In this document: positions 21,298-34,231 of the stretch, piece by piece
Position numbering within the stretch: position 1 is the first letter of the stretch
Layout: the number at the start of each line of letters is the position of its first letter
Origin: Octopus bimaculoides
Taxonomy: Eukaryota
Length of the DNA stretch: 41,450 nt
Assembly (NCBI RefSeq): GCF_001194135.2
Contig: NC_069001.1
Coordinates: 31,390,624 to 31,432,073 of the forward strand
Direction: 5' to 3'
Program-made: the position numbers and the translations under genes
Notes under the pieces: model-generated
The model's input: only the letters and a program-made list of their open reading frames with translations
Told to the model about the DNA's origin: nothing
Database searches by the model: none

Positions 21298-23049
21298 NNN
21301 NNNNNNNNNNNNNNNNNNNNNNNNNNNNNNNNNNNNNNNNNNNNNNNNNNNNNNNNNNNNNNNNNNNNNNNNNNNNNNNNNNNNNNNNNNNNNNNNNNNN
21401 NNNNNNNNNNNNNNNNNNNNNNNNNNNNNNNNNNNNNNNNNNNNNNNNNNNNNNNNNNNNNNNNNNNNNNNNNNNNNNNNNNNNNNNNNNNNNNNNNNNN
21501 NNNNNNNNNNNNNNNNNNNNNNNNNNNNNNNNNNNNNNNNNNNNNNNNNNNNNNNNNNNNNNNNNNNNNNNNNNNNNNNNNNNNNNNNNNNNNNNNNNNN
21601 NNNNNNNNNNNNNNNNNNNNNNNNNNNNNNNNNNNNNNNNNNNNNNNNNNNNNNNNNNNNNNNNNNNNNNNNNNNNNNNNNNNNNNNNNNNNNNNNNNNN
21701 NNNNNNNNNNNNNNNNNNNNNNNNNNNNNNNNNNNNNNNNNNNNNNNNNNNNNNNNNNNNNNNNNNNNNNNNNNNNNNNNNNNNNNNNNNNNNNNNNNNN
21801 NNNNNNNNNNNNNNNNNNNNNNNNNNNNNNNNNNNNNACACATGAAAAGCCACACTTCGTTGCAGACAACTTCTAGGAGAGATCTTCTAAGAAACTTCAT
21901 GATCGATTTAACTCCGATCGGAACACTGTGTGGATTTCACGTCAAGAAACTCATCTGTATCACACATCAATTAATCCAGAGTCAAGTCTGATTAACTCTG
22001 AAAAATAAAAAAAATCTTTAAATGACTTTGCTTGAATTAATGCCAGCTCTGTATAATGGTAGTAATAATAGAGTCTGTTAGAAGTATGGGCGGTATGATT
22101 GTGGTTTTCTGTTGAGAGGTATTTAAACTAAGGCGTGTATGTTATGGTGTGCCTTATGTTGTGTGTGTGTGTGTGTGAGGGATGTGTATGTATATATAAG
22201 TGTGTGTGTGTGCGTGTGTATGTATATATGTGTGTGTGTTGGTGGATTGATGGATGCTGTTACTTCAATGATACATAACCTGAACATCACCAGGTAACGC
22301 TGCGAGTGATATGCATGTGCGTATATATACAGTACACACACACACACAAACACACACTCAAGCATATATATAAATACATATATGCATACACAAATACACA
22401 TACGTATATATATACACACCCACACACACACACATATACACACACTCACACAAGTACACACATATATACTGTATGTATATATATATATATCCCACAACAT
22501 ACATGTAACTATATTTTACACACAAACACACACATATGTGTGCGTGTGTGTGTGTGCTGATTTTAAAACAAACACGAGGCAATATTAATGGAATCATTGT
22601 TAATGAAAGAGTTTCCTTTCGTCTCACCAAAACTGCCATCGCTCTCCCCACCACCACCACCACCAACCTCTCAAAATTTGGGCCCGTGGCTTCAAGATTG
22701 AAAAGGAGTTAGAATAGAACCCGTGCATGTTACTGGTACATATTTTATCGATCACGTGTGATTAAAAATGGTAAAAGCTACCTACGATCGGATTTGGTCG
22801 AAGAAGAAACAAAAAGACCAAAAAATGAAATCCTATAAAATATTGAGACGGACAGATAATTACTGGTATCTACCCTTTAGCTGGACACAAGGGTAGCTCT
22901 CGAAAGGAGACCTGGTGAAGCCCTTTGAATCAATGTCCAGTATATTGTTACTAATTTATCATAATCATCGGCCCCTGGACCATACGTCAGGGGCCGATGA
23001 TTGATAAAACCAAGGGTCCTTGGTCTTGAGGCTGAGGAGCCTTAGGGAC

Positions 23050-23162
23050 ACTTACAACATAACCTCTCCCCCTGGACAGGACACCAGTGCGTTACAGGGT
23101 TGTTACTCGTTTACGGCTGAGTGGACTGGGGCGATGTGAAATGAAACGTTTTGCCCAAGAAG
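23050..23162 (-). mobile_element. SINE type E fragment (CORE-like block plus tail start)
   Basis: Minus strand TTCTTGGGCAAAACGTTTCATTTCACATCGCCCCAGTCCACTCAGCCG...CTGGTGTCCTGTCCAGGGG. Confidence 0.75.
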
Positions 23163-23169
23163 TGAATGT

Positions 23170-23700
23170 TGTGATGATGACGCTGATGATGATGATGATC
23201 ATGATGATGATGATGATCATGATAATGAAGACGACGCTGATGATGATGATAACAATTCTGATGAATGAAGAGGAGGAAGAGAAAGGAGAGGACGCCGCCG
23301 CCGCCGACGACGACAACGATGACAATGGTGATCATGATGATGGTGAAGCTGACGACGATAAAGATGACGGTGATAATGTTGATGAGAGCAATTCTGATGA
23401 ATGAAGATGAAGCAGAGAAAGGAGAGGATGCCCACGACAACAGCGATGACAATGATGAACATGATGATGATGACGACGATAATGATGACGGTGATGATAA
23501 TGACAACGACAGTGATGATGATGATGATGATGATGATAACAGTTCTGATCAGGAGGAGGAGGAGGAAGAGAAGGGAGGGGATGCCGACGACAACAAAAAT
23601 GATGATGATGATGATATTGATGATAATGTTGATGATGATGACGGGGAGGAAGAAGACACCGCTGACGACGAGAACGGCGGCGCTGACGATAATAACGTCT
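23170..23700. repeat. GAT/GAC/GAG trinucleotide field with about 140-150-bp higher-order repeat
   Basis: CA(A/G)TTCTGAT...GAG...GAGAA(A/G)GGAG(A/G)GGA(C/T)GCC block at about 23253, 23390 and 23540. Confidence 0.85.
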
Positions 23701-24081
23701 TCTGTATATTAAGACCATAAAGAATAGACGTTGAAAAAGAAAAAAGAACAACAAAAGGGAATTACGTATGAAAGCCCCTAGCATTGCAAAGAAGAGAATA
23801 AAAAATAGTACCCTAAAATACAAAACAAACATACAAATACGCAAAAGACCCTCCACACACACACGCACACACACCAGCAGCAAATCGATAGCTAATCAAT
23901 ATAAACGCCAGTTAAATTGTGGTGCCTTGCTCGCAGACTTAATGGCAACTGGAGAATCTTTTCACTGATTCATCAATGTAATTTATTTTACCATTTATGA
24001 TTTATGAATAACGCCGTGATTTATGATTTACGTTATGACTGCTCTAGTTAGAATATGTGTGAGTGTGTGCGTATGTGTTCT

Positions 24082-24166
<85 letters not shown>

Positions 24167-24425
24167 ATTCTGTAGAGAGCAGGCATAACTCATACGTGTG
24201 TGTGTGTTGTAAGAGAAAGAAAGTAAATATAGCACATACGTACACATGCCTACATATATAATATATATTCATTTATATTATATACATGTGTATACATACA
24301 TATAAATGTATGTACATGTATATAAATATATGTATATGCATATAAATATATGCATCTGTGTATGTATATGCATATGTATTATAGGCATATATATATATGT
24401 ATATGCCTATATATACATGTATGCC

Positions 24426-24449
<24 letters not shown>

Positions 24450-24457
<8 letters not shown>

Positions 24458-24571
24458 GGTTTTTAACTTTTAAATTTTCATGTTCAAAAGAGACAGAGAC
24501 TTCATGATATATCGAGTTTGAAGTCTGTCTCTTTTGAATATGAAAATTTAAAAGTTAAAAACCTTATAATA
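24450..24571. repeat. About 120-bp fold-back palindrome abutting (TA)n
   Basis: Arms of about 54 bp TATTATAAGGTTTTTAACTTTTAAATTTTCAT(G/A)TTCAAAAGAGACAGA(GA)CTTCA: one mismatch, one 2-bp indel; 14-nt loop. Confidence 0.9.
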
Positions 24572-24988
24572 TAAATATAAACTCTGAGAAAGACCCTTAA
24601 GGAATCTAGTTAATGATCCACTAAGGTAAGTTNNNNNNNNNNNNNNNNNNNNNNNNNNNNNNNNNNNNNNNNNNNNNNNNNNNNNNNNNNNNNNNNNNNN
24701 NNNNNNNNNNNNNNNNNNNNNNNNNNNNNNNNNNNNNNNNNNNNNNNNNNNNNNNNNNNNNNNNNNNNNNNNNNNNNNNNNNNNNNNNNNNNNNNNNNNN
24801 NNNNNNNNNNNNNNNNNNNNNNNNNNNNNNNNNNNNNNNNNNNNNNNNNNNNNNNNNNNNNNNNNNNNNNNNNNNNNNNNNNNNNNNNNNNNNNNNNNNN
24901 NNNNNNNNNNNNNNNNNNNNNNNNNNNNNNNNNNNNNNNNNNNNNNNNNNNNNNNNNNNNNNNNNNNNNNNNNNNNNNNNNNNNNNNN

Positions 24989-25026
<38 letters not shown>

Positions 25027-25336
25027 GTGAGTGGCCGTGTAGTAAGTAGCTTGCTTACCAACCCCCCAAAAATTTTCCATTCCAGGGTGATTGGTCAGCG
25101 AGACTGTGAATGCCGGAGCGGATGTCTTGCGGTATTGCAGTTTTCTCTGCTCTTTGAATCGAATCCCGCCGGGGTTGACTTCACTGTTCATGGGACGATA
25201 AAAACTGTTCCATTTCAAGGGAGTTAAGTAGTGGAACTGTAAGAATGCTGGAAAGGGTGCCATACAGTATTCTTCTGGTTTCTTTGTAATCTGAGGTCAA
25301 ATCTCACCGAGGGCATCTTTCTTGAGGTATTCTTTT

Positions 25337-25530
25337 AGTCTCTTGTTTCAGCCTGCGGCCATGCTGGGGCACCGTCTTCAAGAATTTTTAGTTGAATGCA
25401 TCTACCTCAGTAGTATATTTAAAGTCTGATACTTATTCTATCGTTTCTCCTTTGCCGCACCGCTAAGTTACGGGGACGTAAACACACCAAGACCAGTTGT
25501 CAAGCGGTAGTTGGACACACACACACACAG
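25337..25530 (-). mobile_element. SINE type B 3' half
   Basis: GGCCATGCTGGGGCACCG...CCGCTAAGTTACGGGGACGTAAACACACC. Confidence 0.85.
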
Positions 25531-25535
25531 ACACT

Positions 25536-25744
25536 AATAATAATAATCCTTTCTAGTGGAAGCACAAAGCCTCAGACTTGGGGGAAGGGATTAAGTCGAC
25601 TACACCGACCCCAGTGCGTAACTGGTACTTGTTTAATCAACCCCGAAAGGATTAAAGGCAAAGTCGACCTCGGTGGAATTTGAACTCAGAATGCCGCTAA
25701 GCATTTTGACCGGCGTGCTAACGAATCTGCCAGCTCGCCGCCTT
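25536..25744 (-). mobile_element. SINE type A, full length, (ATT)n tail
   Basis: Minus strand AAGGCGGCGAGCTGGCAGATTCGTTAGCACGCC...TTCTGAGTTCAAATTCCACCGAGG...TAGAAAGGATTATTATTATTA; internal deletion in the head. Confidence 0.9.
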
Positions 25745-25769
25745 AATAATAATATTATAATAATAATAG

Positions 25770-25803
<34 letters not shown>

Positions 25804-26589
25804 TGTATGTAAATATGTATGTATATATATATGAATGCTTGCATCTATGAATGTAGAATAATGAATAAGGTATACGATATACACGCACGTATTATACGCA
25901 ATATGTATATAACGTATATGTCTATATAAACATATATACGTTAACTACCACTAAACCAATTATTTGAAAAAAACTTTATACACGCAGCACTGAATACGAA
26001 TTACATTACACGTAGGTGGAAAAAGAAGTTTTGTTTTTTTAACAGAAAAAGAAAAATATTTCAAAAAAAATATAAAGGACAAAAATGCAATAACAAAATA
26101 AAGATTGAAATTTTCTGGAACCTTCCAAAATGTCGTCGATAGTTTTGTATATTTATTTATTATTTATTTATTTGTTACTTGTTATATTTATTGATTTTTT
26201 TTTTATCAATTCAATTTGTTGTTACGTGCTCTTCTCTGGCCTAAAGTTCTGGCACGTTCAAAGACTTTGCCTTCACGTTTATCTCCGTTGATATTGTTGT
26301 TGTTATTATTATCATTATTATTATTGTTATTATTACTAGTAATAGTAGTAGTAGTAGTAGTAGTATTCGTTCTTGCTTTCTATTTTCCATTCTTATTTTT
26401 TCCCTTTCTCGCTTCAGCCCCTATCTCTCTCTTTTCCCTTTCTCGGTAGATCTTGCTTTTCCTCTCCTCTCTTTGCCACTATGTACCCTGTTTTCTCTGT
26501 TTTTGCTTTCTCTCTTTCTCTCTCTCTCTATATATACATATATGTATATATATATATAATACATATATGAGATATATATATATATGTAC

Positions 26590-26620
<31 letters not shown>

Positions 26621-26684
26621 TTAACATATATGAGAGATAGATATATATAAATACTTATACGTATATTCATATAACACTTATGTT

Positions 26685-26728
<44 letters not shown>

Positions 26729-26858
26729 CAATGCTAAAGTCGTATTAGCAAAACGAAGATAGATTGATACATATATATACTTGCTAGTACATATTTATAT
26801 ATTGATATATGTAAATATTAATCTTTTCTTCGTTTTCCTAATACATTTCATGCTTGTA

Positions 26859-26928
<70 letters not shown>

Positions 26929-27498
26929 TACACACACACACAGACTACACTGTCTAATAGTAAACCTAAGGTAGATTTAATGTAGTTAAGCCACAGATTT
27001 TAAAGCTTTAACAGATGTAAATACGTCTTACTTTTTCCCTACCCAGAAAATTATATTATATTAAATTATACAAGTTCGATCCCGGCCACTTTGCTGGCAG
27101 TAAGACCGTCATTCATATGATGTTTATATTAACTTTAAATACAAAAAGTCTTGGAAAGAACTAGAAAATTATTAATTATTTCTGATCTCATCTTCAGAAA
27201 AATAGATGTTAAAACGTTAGTAAGCGCTTTATAATTGGGTAAAATATTGAAATTTATGTTGTCCTTCTAGGTGAAGGCTTAATAAATAATCTTTTAAGAT
27301 TGATTAACTAAAAACGCTTTTGAAAAATATTTTATTTCACATTCTGCGAACTGCGTATATGCATTTTACAATATTTACATTTACATTTTGGAAAGGAAAC
27401 GTTTTTCAATAAAGCTTCAATATGTAATCTCTCAACGTATACGTATATTTTTTTTAGACAACCTCTGTGTTTGTGTATATATATATATATATATATAT

Positions 27499-27650
27499 AC
27501 AACGGGCTTCTTTCATTTTCTGTTTACCAAATCCACTCACAAGGTTTTGGTCGGCCCGAGGCTAGACTAGAAAGCACTAGCCCAAGGTACCACGCAGTGG
27601 GACTGAACCCAGAACCGTGTGGTTGGGAAGCAAGCTTCTTACCACACAGG
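27499..27650 (-). mobile_element. SINE type B 5' half
   Basis: Minus strand CTGTGTGGTAAGAAGCTTGCTTCCCAACCACACGGTTCTGGGTTCAGTCCCACTGCGTGGTACCTTGGGC. Confidence 0.9.
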
Positions 27651-27682
27651 TGCTATATATATATAACGTATTTTATGTCCTT

Positions 27683-27726
<44 letters not shown>

Positions 27727-27968
27727 ACTTACTTTTGATTCTTTGAAATCTAAATTCTCAGTTCCTTGCGTCGTTTCTTTGTAATTTTGGTATTTCTTAG
27801 AAATTTTATTTCTCCCACTTTCTTTGTATAATTCTTTCTCTCCTTTTATTTTCGCCATTTCTAAACATTTAGTCATTCATCTTCCTCCCTCTCCGACTTT
27901 CTTCCAAATTCTCTCAACTATTTACTTTTTCCATTTACCCATTATCTTTCCTTTCTGATATATATATA

Positions 27969-28014
<46 letters not shown>

Positions 28015-28034
28015 AGTATATACGNNNNNNNNNN

Positions 28035-28068
<34 letters not shown>

Positions 28069-28719
28069 TGCATATATGCACGTACTTATAATTATACACA
28101 CATAAAGGTATATAATTCATATATATGTGTGTGTTTATGTAATATGTATGTGACAGAATTGGGCATGCACGTGTTGAAAATAACACATCTTAATGCATCT
28201 AAACTTGAGGCAAAATATCGTGAAAGTGCTCAATGAATGATTAATAATTAACTAATAGTCAGAAAATGCAGAGCTGCATCATGCATCTAATCAGATAAAA
28301 ATATGGAACGGATCTTAAGAACTCTAAAAATACTGCTCAAAACATATGTGCAATTATGAAGCTTGTGTAAGTTCATAGCGAAGTATCTGCAAGCGATAGC
28401 ATTCGACTTGCTTCGTCAGCTGGTTAATATATTACACACGTATCTATCTATCTATCTACATACATACATACATACATACCTGCACACATGCGCGTGTGTA
28501 TGTGTATGTATCAGTCTATCTATCATATAATGTGTGTGTGTATGTATGTATGTATGTCAGTGCAATGTAGGTATTTATGTATGTCTAAGTCTATATAAAG
28601 ATTGCAGTATGTATATAAGTGTGTACGTGTATGCATGTTTATATTGGTAGTTGGATGCACACAACCATACATACACGCATAAATACACACACACACACAC
28701 ACACACACACACGTATCAA

Positions 28720-28776
<57 letters not shown>

Positions 28777-29707
28777 CACACACACAGTTTCTCCCTCAAA
28801 CTCTACCCCTCACTCACACCCACTCTCACCGGCATTCTCCCATCAAACACCAAGCTATGTCCAACTTCTTCCAGCGAACTCTTTCTTTCTTACCATTAAT
28901 ATATATCATTTCCATATGTCTCTAGAATGTCCTTAATTTCTTCTCACGTATTTTCCTGCTTCTCATTTAACACCTCCCTTTCTGCAACTCTCTTTCTCTC
29001 AAGCTTTATGAAACACATTTCAGTCTTTCCTCCTCTCTCTCTTTCTCTCCTATTCTCTCTCTCCCCCTCTCGTCCTAACACGTTCTTTCTCAAACACTAA
29101 CATTTTTATTTTTCTCTCTCCCTCTCTCTCTCCCCCTCTCTCTCTCCCCTCTATTTATCTAAGTCAACCTATCTATCTGTCTGTCTGTCCTTTCCTGCCC
29201 TGATATTTTTTCCAATTTCTTTCCCGTACTCCCTCATTATCGATACTTCCAACTCAAACTTCTTCTTTCTCTCCCTCTTTTCCCCCTCTCTTTCGTTCTC
29301 TCTCTCTCCCCCCTCTCTCTCCCCCTCTCTTTCGTTCTCTCTCTCTCCCCCCTCTCTCCCCCTCTCTNNNNNNNNNNNNNNNNNNNNNNNNNNNNNNNNN
29401 NNNNNNNNNNNNNNNNNNNNNNNNNNNNNNNNNNNNNNNNNNNNNNNNNNNNNNNNNNNNNNNNNNNNNNNNNNNNNNNNNNNNNNNNNNNNNNNNNNNN
29501 NNNNNNNNNNNNNNNNNNNNNNNNNNNNNNNNNNNNNNNNNNNNNNNNNNNNNNNNNNNNNNNNNNNNNNNNNNNNNNNNNNNNNNNNNNNNNNNNNNNN
29601 NNNNNNNNNNNNNNNNNNNNNNNNNNNNNNNNNNNNNNNNNNNNNNNNNNNNNNNNNNNNNNNNNNNNNNNNNNNNNNNNNNNNNNNNNNNNNNNNNNAA
29701 ACAAACG

Positions 29708-30521
29708 CAGGCTGCGTAAGATATTTGAGGACAGATTTACGTTTATAAGAAAAACATATGATAACAGATAATTTTATTTCTTAAAAAATGCTATGAGGAT
29801 AAAAATAAACCTTCTTTTCTATAATGTTATTCAATAAAGCCACCTTCAGCTTCAACTGCTTCTATATGAGATCTAAATCAAATACATGCTTGAATCAAGT
29901 GGTCCTGGTTCATTTTGGACATTACTCTGACTATGGCAGCTTTCAAAGAACCTTTGGTGTTATGGGCTTGTTCATTGACTTCTCTCTCTCTCTCTCTCTC
30001 TCAACAATGCTCCACTTGTAATAGTCCAATGGATTGAGATCTGGGGAATTAGGTGGCCAAACGTTAGGGGTTAGGTGATCATGAAAATGTTCAGCCTTTC
30101 ATTCCTGTGTTACTAGAGCCATGTGTGATAGTGCAGAGACTTAATGAAACACATATGGCCTTCCATTGCGTACACTGTCTATCCAGGGCTTAACATTTAT
30201 TTCCAGGACCTCAATGTAGGCGGCAGAGTTAACTCTAAGGCCTTGTGGAAAGAAGCAAGGAGGCATCACATGTCCTTAATTGCTGACGACCCCTAAAATC
30301 ATTACAGTTGCAGGAAATTTTGTATGCATAACACTTGGATCTTCAGAAGGGTCTGCACATAACCATCTGTCATTTCTTCTGTTAACTTTTTGATCTTGGT
30401 CGAAGTTTTTCTCGTTTAAGAAAAACCAAATCAAATCTTCTTCTGCTATATTTTTCAGTTTAAGAGCCTTTTAGATCTGATGTAGTGATTTTCTTTTGCT
30501 TTTTCTAACAAATTGACTTTT
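29708..30521 (-). mobile_element. Decayed Tc1/mariner-superfamily DD37D (maT-type) transposon: transposase C-terminal half plus right TIR
   Basis: Minus frame IWFFLNEKNFDQDQKVNRRNDRW...HTKFPATVMILGVVS...YVFH*VSALSH...WPPNSPDLNPLDY...EAEGGFIE*; 37 residues between the second acidic position (30138-30140, now Val) and the third Asp (30024-30026); stop 29827-29829; TIR-like CAGGCTGCGTAAGATATTTGAGGACAGATTT at 29708; 5' part lost in the gap. Confidence 0.9.
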
Positions 30522-31217
30522 NNNNNNNNNNNNNNNNNNNNNNNNNNNNNNNNNNNNNNNNNNNNNNNNNNNNNNNNNNNNNNNNNNNNNNNNNNNNNNN
30601 NNNNNNNNNNNNNNNNNNNNNNNNNNNNNNNNNNNNNNNNNNNNNNNNNNNNNNNNNNNNNNNNNNNNNNNNNNNNNNNNNNNNNNNNNNNNNNNNNNNN
30701 NNNNNNNNNNNNNNNNNNNNNNNNNNNNNNNNNNNNNNNNNNNNNNNNNNNNNNNNNNNNNNNNNNNNNNNNNNNNNNNNNNNNNNNNNNNNNNNNNNNN
30801 NNNNNNNNNNNNNNNNNNNNNNNNNNNNNNNNNNNNNNNNNNNNNNNNNNNNNNNNNNNNNNNNNNNNNNNNNNNNNNNNNNNNNNNNNNNNNNNNNNNN
30901 NNNNNNNNNNNNNNNNNNNNNNNNNNNNNNNNNNNNNNNNNNNNNNNNNNNNNNNNNNNNNNNNNNNNNNNNNNNNNNNNNNNNNNNNNNNNNNNNNNNN
31001 NNNNNNNNNNNNNNNNNNNNNNNNNNNNNNNNNNNNNNNNNNNNNNNNNNNNNNNNNNNNNNNNNNNNNNNNNNNNNNNNNNNNNNNNNNNNNNNNNNNN
31101 NNNNNNNNNNNNNNNNNNNNNNNNNNNNNNNNNNNNNNNNNNNNNNNNNNNNNNNNNNNNNNNNNNNNNNNNNNNNNNNNNNNNNNTATATATACCTCAC
31201 TTCCTCGCTCTACGTCT

Positions 31218-31254
<37 letters not shown>

Positions 31255-31390
31255 ATCTAATTATATCGCTATTTCCATCTCTGAACTTGTTAATTCGCTT
31301 TCAACACACACTCATTCTTTGCTGCTTAGTGTCAAAGCATACTCGTTTCTTGACCAATTGCCAACACGCTCAAATGTGTAATAATCACAC

Positions 31391-31456
31391 ATATAGAATT
31401 ATGTAGGCACACACACACACGTGTGTGTGTTCATGTGTGCGTACATAATTCTATAT
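31391..31456. repeat. Fold-back palindrome centred on a (CA)n/(GT)n switch
   Basis: ATATAGAATTATGTA / TACATAATTCTATAT perfect 15-bp arms around GCACACACACACAC-GTGTGTGT...GTGTGC. Confidence 0.85.
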
Positions 31457-31705
31457 ATATTTATATACATACGTGTGTATACATATATTTATATACATGT
31501 GTGTGTATATATATATATCTGTTTGTAAATGTATGAATGTGTATATACATGTGTATAGATATGTGTGTATAGACATAAACGCATGTGTACAAATATATAA
31601 ATGTATGTGTTTGCATACATCAGTATATATGTGTGCATGTATATGTATATGTGTGTATGTATGTGTTTTAATGTATGTATATGCATATATATTTGTGTAT
31701 GTATG

Positions 31706-31742
<37 letters not shown>

Positions 31743-31789
31743 ATGCGGTTACATGTTTATATTTATATGCATGCATGTGTGTATGTGTG

Positions 31790-31830
<41 letters not shown>

Positions 31831-32197
31831 TTAGATGCATGCATGTGTGCATGTGCGTATATATGTATACATCATATGTGTATGATTGTGTCTACGTGCA
31901 CTCTCTGGTCTGGACATTGTTTTGGTTCTTCGCAGACACCAAAAATTGGAACGTGCAGTCATCAAGGAGAAATGTCGACGGTTATTGCGGTGGCAGTTTC
32001 TGTCGATCAGCGTTGAAAAATTAACACCAAAACTTCACACATTCACACACACACATACACACACACGCAAAATCATGCACCTGCTCATATACACACGCGC
32101 GTATACACTGTCACACCCACGCACATACATACTTGCATACGCATCGATATGTATACGTATATTTATTCATAAATACATATGGATGTGTATATATAAC

Positions 32198-32228
<31 letters not shown>

Positions 32229-32267
32229 GCGCGTACATATACGCCATTGATAGTTATATACATACCT

Positions 32268-32305
<38 letters not shown>

Positions 32306-32913
32306 GCATATAAACATATATAGACTATGTATGTAAAATGTGCATAAATGCATGAAATGTATGCACACGCACACACACACACACACATGTATATAAAGTG
32401 TACATACAAACACACTCACACACATATATACAATGAACGTACACACACATATATATATATATACAATGTACGTACACACACATATATATAAATGTACATA
32501 CACGCATATATATATGTATACATTCAAATATACATACACGTATATATGTATATATATATATGTGTGTATATATAAATGTAGGTACGCGTTTATATATATA
32601 TGTGTATATATATANNNNNNNNNNNNNNNNNNNNNNNNNNNNNNNNNNNNNNNNNNNNNNNNNNNNNNNNNNNNNNNNNNNNNNNNNNNNNNNNNNNNNN
32701 NNNNNNNNNNNNNNNNNNNNNNNNNNNNNNNNNNNNNNNNNNNNNNNNNNNNNNNNNNNNNNNNNNNNNNNNNNNNNNNNNTATATACATGTTTATATGT
32801 ATGTATATACATATATACACGTTTATATGTATATATATATATGTGTATGTATATATATATATATGTGTGCATGTATATATATATATATATATACACGTTT
32901 ATGTGTATGTGTT

Positions 32914-32959
<46 letters not shown>

Positions 32960-33342
32960 CACGTTTTTAGATAGATAGATAGATAATACACACACATACA
33001 CAAGCTGGTCTATTACACCTTTCACCTTCGGTTACACATCTACATTAAGTTTTCAACTGGAATTTCATTAGGTGGCCTTTATTTTCTTTCCTTTTTCCTA
33101 CCATTTTCGCCATTTTTGTTCCTTTCTTCTTTTTTTTTTTCTCTTGTACAGGGGGTGGTGTGAGGTATGGGGTAGTATATTGTCCGTTAAGATCACGTGA
33201 GAGGTTGATCTCAGCAGACGTGTGTATTGTGTCAAAAGGAAATGAAACTGACAAATCGTTGTTCTGCTCAGCGTGACGTATTATCTTCTCTGGTCGTGTG
33301 TGTGTATGTGTGTGAGTGTGTGTATATGTACGTATGAGTGCA

Positions 33343-33383
<41 letters not shown>

Positions 33384-33538
33384 ATTTGGCCATATATGTG
33401 CAAATATATATATACACATACATATATATGTGTGTGTGTATATATATATACATACGTATACATATACACAGATATAGATACACTCACACATAAATACATC
33501 TATATATATATATACATACATACATACATACATACATA

Positions 33539-33569
<31 letters not shown>

Positions 33570-33578
<9 letters not shown>

Positions 33579-33666
33579 TTACCAAAATTCTAATCTCTAA
33601 AACGATTGGTTAATTCACACAGCACTGCCAGCCCACTCTCTTATCGTTAATGACACGAACAACCTC
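33570..33666 (-). mobile_element. Possible mariner 5' UTR fragment
   Basis: Minus strand GTCATTAACGATAAGAGAGTGGGCTGGCAGTGCTGTGTGAATT...AGAGATTAGAATTTTGG resembles a mariner leader from memory only. Confidence 0.35.
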
Positions 33667-34231
33667 NNNNNNNNNNNNNNNNNNNNNNNNNNNNNNNNNN
33701 NNNNNNNNNNNNNNNNNNNNNNNNNNNNNNNNNNNNNNNNNNNNNNNNNNNNNNNNNNNNNNNNNNNNNNNNNNNNNNNNNNNNNNNNNNNNNNNNNNNN
33801 NNNNNNNNNNNNNNNNNNNNNNNNNNNNNNNNNNNNNNNNNNNNNNNNNNNNNNNNNNNNNNNNNNNNNNNNNNNNNNNNNNNNNNNNNNNNNNNNNNNN
33901 NNNNNNNNNNNNNNNNNNNNNNNNNNNNNNNNNNNNNNNNNNNNNNNNNNNNNNNNNNNNNNNNNNNNNNNNNNNNNNNNNNNNNNNNNNNNNNNNNNNN
34001 NNNNNNNNNNNNNNNNNNNNNNNNNNNNNNNNNNNNNNNNNNNNNNNNNNNNNNNNNNNNNNNNNNNNNNNNNNNNNNNNNNNNNNNNNNNNNNNNNNNN
34101 NNNNNNNNNNNNNNNNNNNNNNNNNNNNNNNNNNNNNNNNNNNNNNNNNNNNNNNNNNNNNNNNNNNNNNNNNNNNNNNNNNNNNNNNNNNNNNNNNNNN
34201 NNNNNNNNNNNNNNNNNNNNNNNNNNNNNNN

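Noticed and set aside
21838-22010. Unique segment next to a gap with short open frames
   Set aside because: All frames contain stops within 50 codons and nothing is recognisable.
31920-32030. Unique segment open in all three plus frames after an acceptor-like TTCTTCGCAG
   Set aside because: No good donor and no recognisable homology; too short to distinguish from chance.
33152-33164. 13-nt micro-exon after a strong polypyrimidine tract
   Set aside because: The tract is ordinary low-complexity sequence; no independent support.
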